A DNA stretch of 63,936 nucleotides, counting the filler, from Octopus bimaculoides (Eukaryota): NCBI RefSeq assembly GCF_001194135.2. It is 8 parts of 7 records of this genome, joined end to end, with 100 filler letters (N's around TTAATTAATTAA, not from the genome) between each part and the next. Parts side by side here need not be neighbours in the genome. Positions count along the whole stretch, not along the records: positions 59,795 to 63,936 come from NC_068981.1; 7 more parts are not named here. One strand, given 5' to 3'. Within the stretch, counting starts at the first letter, position 1, and every line of letters starts with the position of its first letter. Positions 61,110 through 63,936 of this stretch are shown here, one piece after another. The notes under the pieces are model-generated. The model was not told the DNA's origin, ran no database searches, and was given only the letters and a program-made list of their open reading frames with translations. A program made the translations under genes and the position numbers.

Positions 61110-63837
61110 TAATTCCTCATCTCTTAAATATAGAACTGAATATACGTGAGTTTTCTTCGTAAGAATACCCAATGGCGGCGTAAAATTTGGCAACAGATAA
61201 CCATGTCTCTTAAGGAATTGTCCTAACATACAAAATCTTGTTGTCTATAAATCTAGAAACTATATATTTAGTAGAGTGAAATAAATCTGACCGATTGTAG
61301 CCTAATTCAAAAAAATGCATATAGAATTAGCATGTATAGGAACAAATATATACATAAAAATAATTTCTTTATTTTTCAAAATTTCATTAGGTAGCTGGGA
61401 GTAAATGAAAAATATATTTATATATCTACATCAGTTCGTCATTTCGAATGAATATGTATTTTCCTTTTAAAATATAATTTTAAATAAATGCAAGAATACT
61501 GATATTTTATAGAAAATAAAAAGAAATTTACATTTACTATGAATCTTGCACTTCACTAATGCATAATAAATATTAATTACTACGATCAAACTTGTTATCA
61601 TCAAACATATATTAATTATTATCATCAAATTTTTATCCTAAAGCATATATTAATCATCAACACCAAATTACTATCGTCAAACATATATTATTATCATCCA
61701 TATTATCTGCACACTTTTCTTGTATCATCAAGCAATACTACAAATCTCTTCTTTAAGAAACTTGATCAAACTCTGGCATTTTATTATTTTTCCTTCATAT
61801 ACTTTGCTTTATAAGATGGTACTGTTTGCTTGATTGGTAACTGAGTTATATCGTAATTTTGAAGTTTTCTAATATTGAGAGTAACTTGCCTAAAATGGAA
61901 AATTACAATGATGTTATGGATTATAACTTTCTCTTTTATGATATTTTATTCTATTTATTAATTTCAATATATTGTACACTTTTAACTGATGAAGCTTACA
62001 CTGCTACTTATCGCCCCTCAGTCGCAGTGATATTACTGGATTTGAATGATTTACCAATAATCACACGAGCAATGCTTACGTTGCAAGAGAATGAAATGTC
62101 TAAATCAGTAAAACAATCCTTTCATTCTTCTAAATAATTATATAAGGAATAATTACTTTGATTCATTTTAACAGTCTATCAAACACGTCACGAAATAACG
62201 TAGTCAAGCACGTCACAGCTTATCAAACACGCCACGAAATATCCACCATGTCAGATATTGATTTGGGCGAATGCGTTCACCAATTGTTTTCTAACCTGAT
62301 TTCAAGGAAATGTCATACTTTATTCCATGAATAAACTCGAAATTTGCGACGAAACTACAGATGAATCCCCCCACACACACCATCATTTTCTCCTTCCAGT
62401 ACCGTAGAATTCCTCAAATCTAGAATCTGATCCAAATAGAGTAATATCATACAGACTTTTCACTTACCTTTTTGCACAACTGTACGCGTCCCACAAGTAT
62501 TTACCTTCATGTAAAAAAATATTTCTTTCTCTAAATTATTACATGGATTCAGAGCACTACTCCGAGTCACCATACTAACGCAAGTCCAACATGGAAAATA
62601 CACAGTACCATTTTATCTTCCATCGACTTAGATTTTTGACTCGTTTCCCGTACAAAAAGAACACACAAAACCGAGTTAAGAAAAAGTACACGGTATTGCC
62701 TAAAAATTTCATATCTGGAATTAATCAGCGTGGTGAAATTCTTGTATCTAAATGGAATATGTGACATGTCTGCAACGCACAAGTTGAATTTCTAAGAGCC
62801 TTTAATAAATGGCTTGGATTTCTCCACGATTCTCCACTTAATTGTACTTGGTGGGGAGTTGGTCTTCAAACTTCATACGTGCCAACCAACTTAATGACAT
62901 TACTTTTCTTGATGTGTCGGAAAGAAGATAGGCGGTTTGCATAACGTTTTCTTTTCCTTTTGAAATCACTTAACATTACCTGATGTAATTTTTCTTTTCT
63001 GTTTGGCTATCCTGAAGCGTTGCTGTTCATTCTACGTACACGACGGAATTTATCATACACTCCTGGCCAAGTGGACGAGTTTCAGGGTCTCGACAGTTAC
63101 AATTGAGAGTAGTCGCTTAGTAATGTTTACGAGCTATAATGTTTTTCATATTGAAGCAGCGACTGTATGATATTTTAGTAGAACATATGTTTAAAACTCT
63201 TCCTGTATATGTGATTTATTGAGTAATGTTTATCTACAAGAGACAAGATTTTCTTGCTTATGCTAGTTTTATCATTTAGGAAGAAAGGGCAGAACGAACC
63301 AAATTATTTTCCTAGGTTTGTTTTTACATCTATTTTTATGATACATTTATTTACTTAAAGGTCTGTATTATAACTTTTATTTAAAGCCACTGTTAGCTAG
63401 GGCTTTTTATAGTAGGTGGCTGCCTTATTGAAATAGTTCTTTAAAAGAAGAGAAATTTGATGTCATATTACTAATGTTAGCTATCAGGTTTTTAAACACT
63501 AAAATGGGGTGACGGACCGTTTATGTATGGAGGAGAGTTTCTCGTTTGGGTTATGGGACGGTTTATAAGAGCGGGAGTTTAGATCTAGGAAAACATCTAA
63601 AAATCGACTTTTGACAGATTAGTAGTAGCAGTGATTCTGAGGCACAATTGACTAGAGGCATCAATGATTTGTATTCCTAAATTTGTCAAGAGTGTCGCCA
63701 TCACCCCCACGAAATATTCCTAACCCTTGGTCTCGGTATAGATCAACATCGTTGGATAGGAACGTCGATCTCAGTGCATATAATCCAAAGATTACAAGCA
63801 AGGGATAAGATAAATGATTTATTTAACCACTTGAATC

Positions 63838-63911
<74 letters not shown>

Positions 63912-63936
63912 TACATACATACATATATATATATAT

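Noticed and set aside
61859-62137. 92-aa plus-strand ORF; also 20479-20769(+) and 62567-62782(-)
   Set aside because: No recognisable motifs; lengths are compatible with chance in AT-rich DNA.
6-63936. Numerous long ORFs (YIYI, CVCV, poly-L/S/T/H/X)
   Set aside because: Translations of microsatellites and N runs.

Overview
AT-rich, gap-riddled animal genomic DNA dominated by microsatellites and dispersed repeats. The repeat landscape suggests an octopus; this is an inference. The only host coding sequence I can support is the last coding exon (26403-26096, minus strand) of a TARP/stargazin-type gene of the CACNG5/7 kind. No upstream exon is recognisable in the ~37 kb on its 5' side. The rest is decayed mobile DNA: several tRNA-derived SINE families, R4/Dong-like and RTE LINE fragments, two Penelope-like RT fragments, a Helitron helicase end plus a non-autonomous Helitron, a mariner fragment, foldback/MITE palindromes and an interstitial (TTAGGG)n tract ending in a palindrome. 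The most interesting signal is absent from the ORF track: a set of hammerhead ribozyme (HHR) motifs. A ~350-bp non-coding monomer repeated head-to-head at 55847-56763 carries a near-canonical type I hammerhead (56291-56342, GUC site), like a retrozyme. A second family gives a G5A hammerhead at 24284-24346, and a stem II-deleted relic lies at 55134-55162. At 26880-26952, both hammerhead cores and helices I and III are in exact register but the strands are in reversed order, a candidate non-standard hammerhead topology in the TARP intron. The TTAATTAATTAA motifs inside 100-bp N gaps are assembly linkers.
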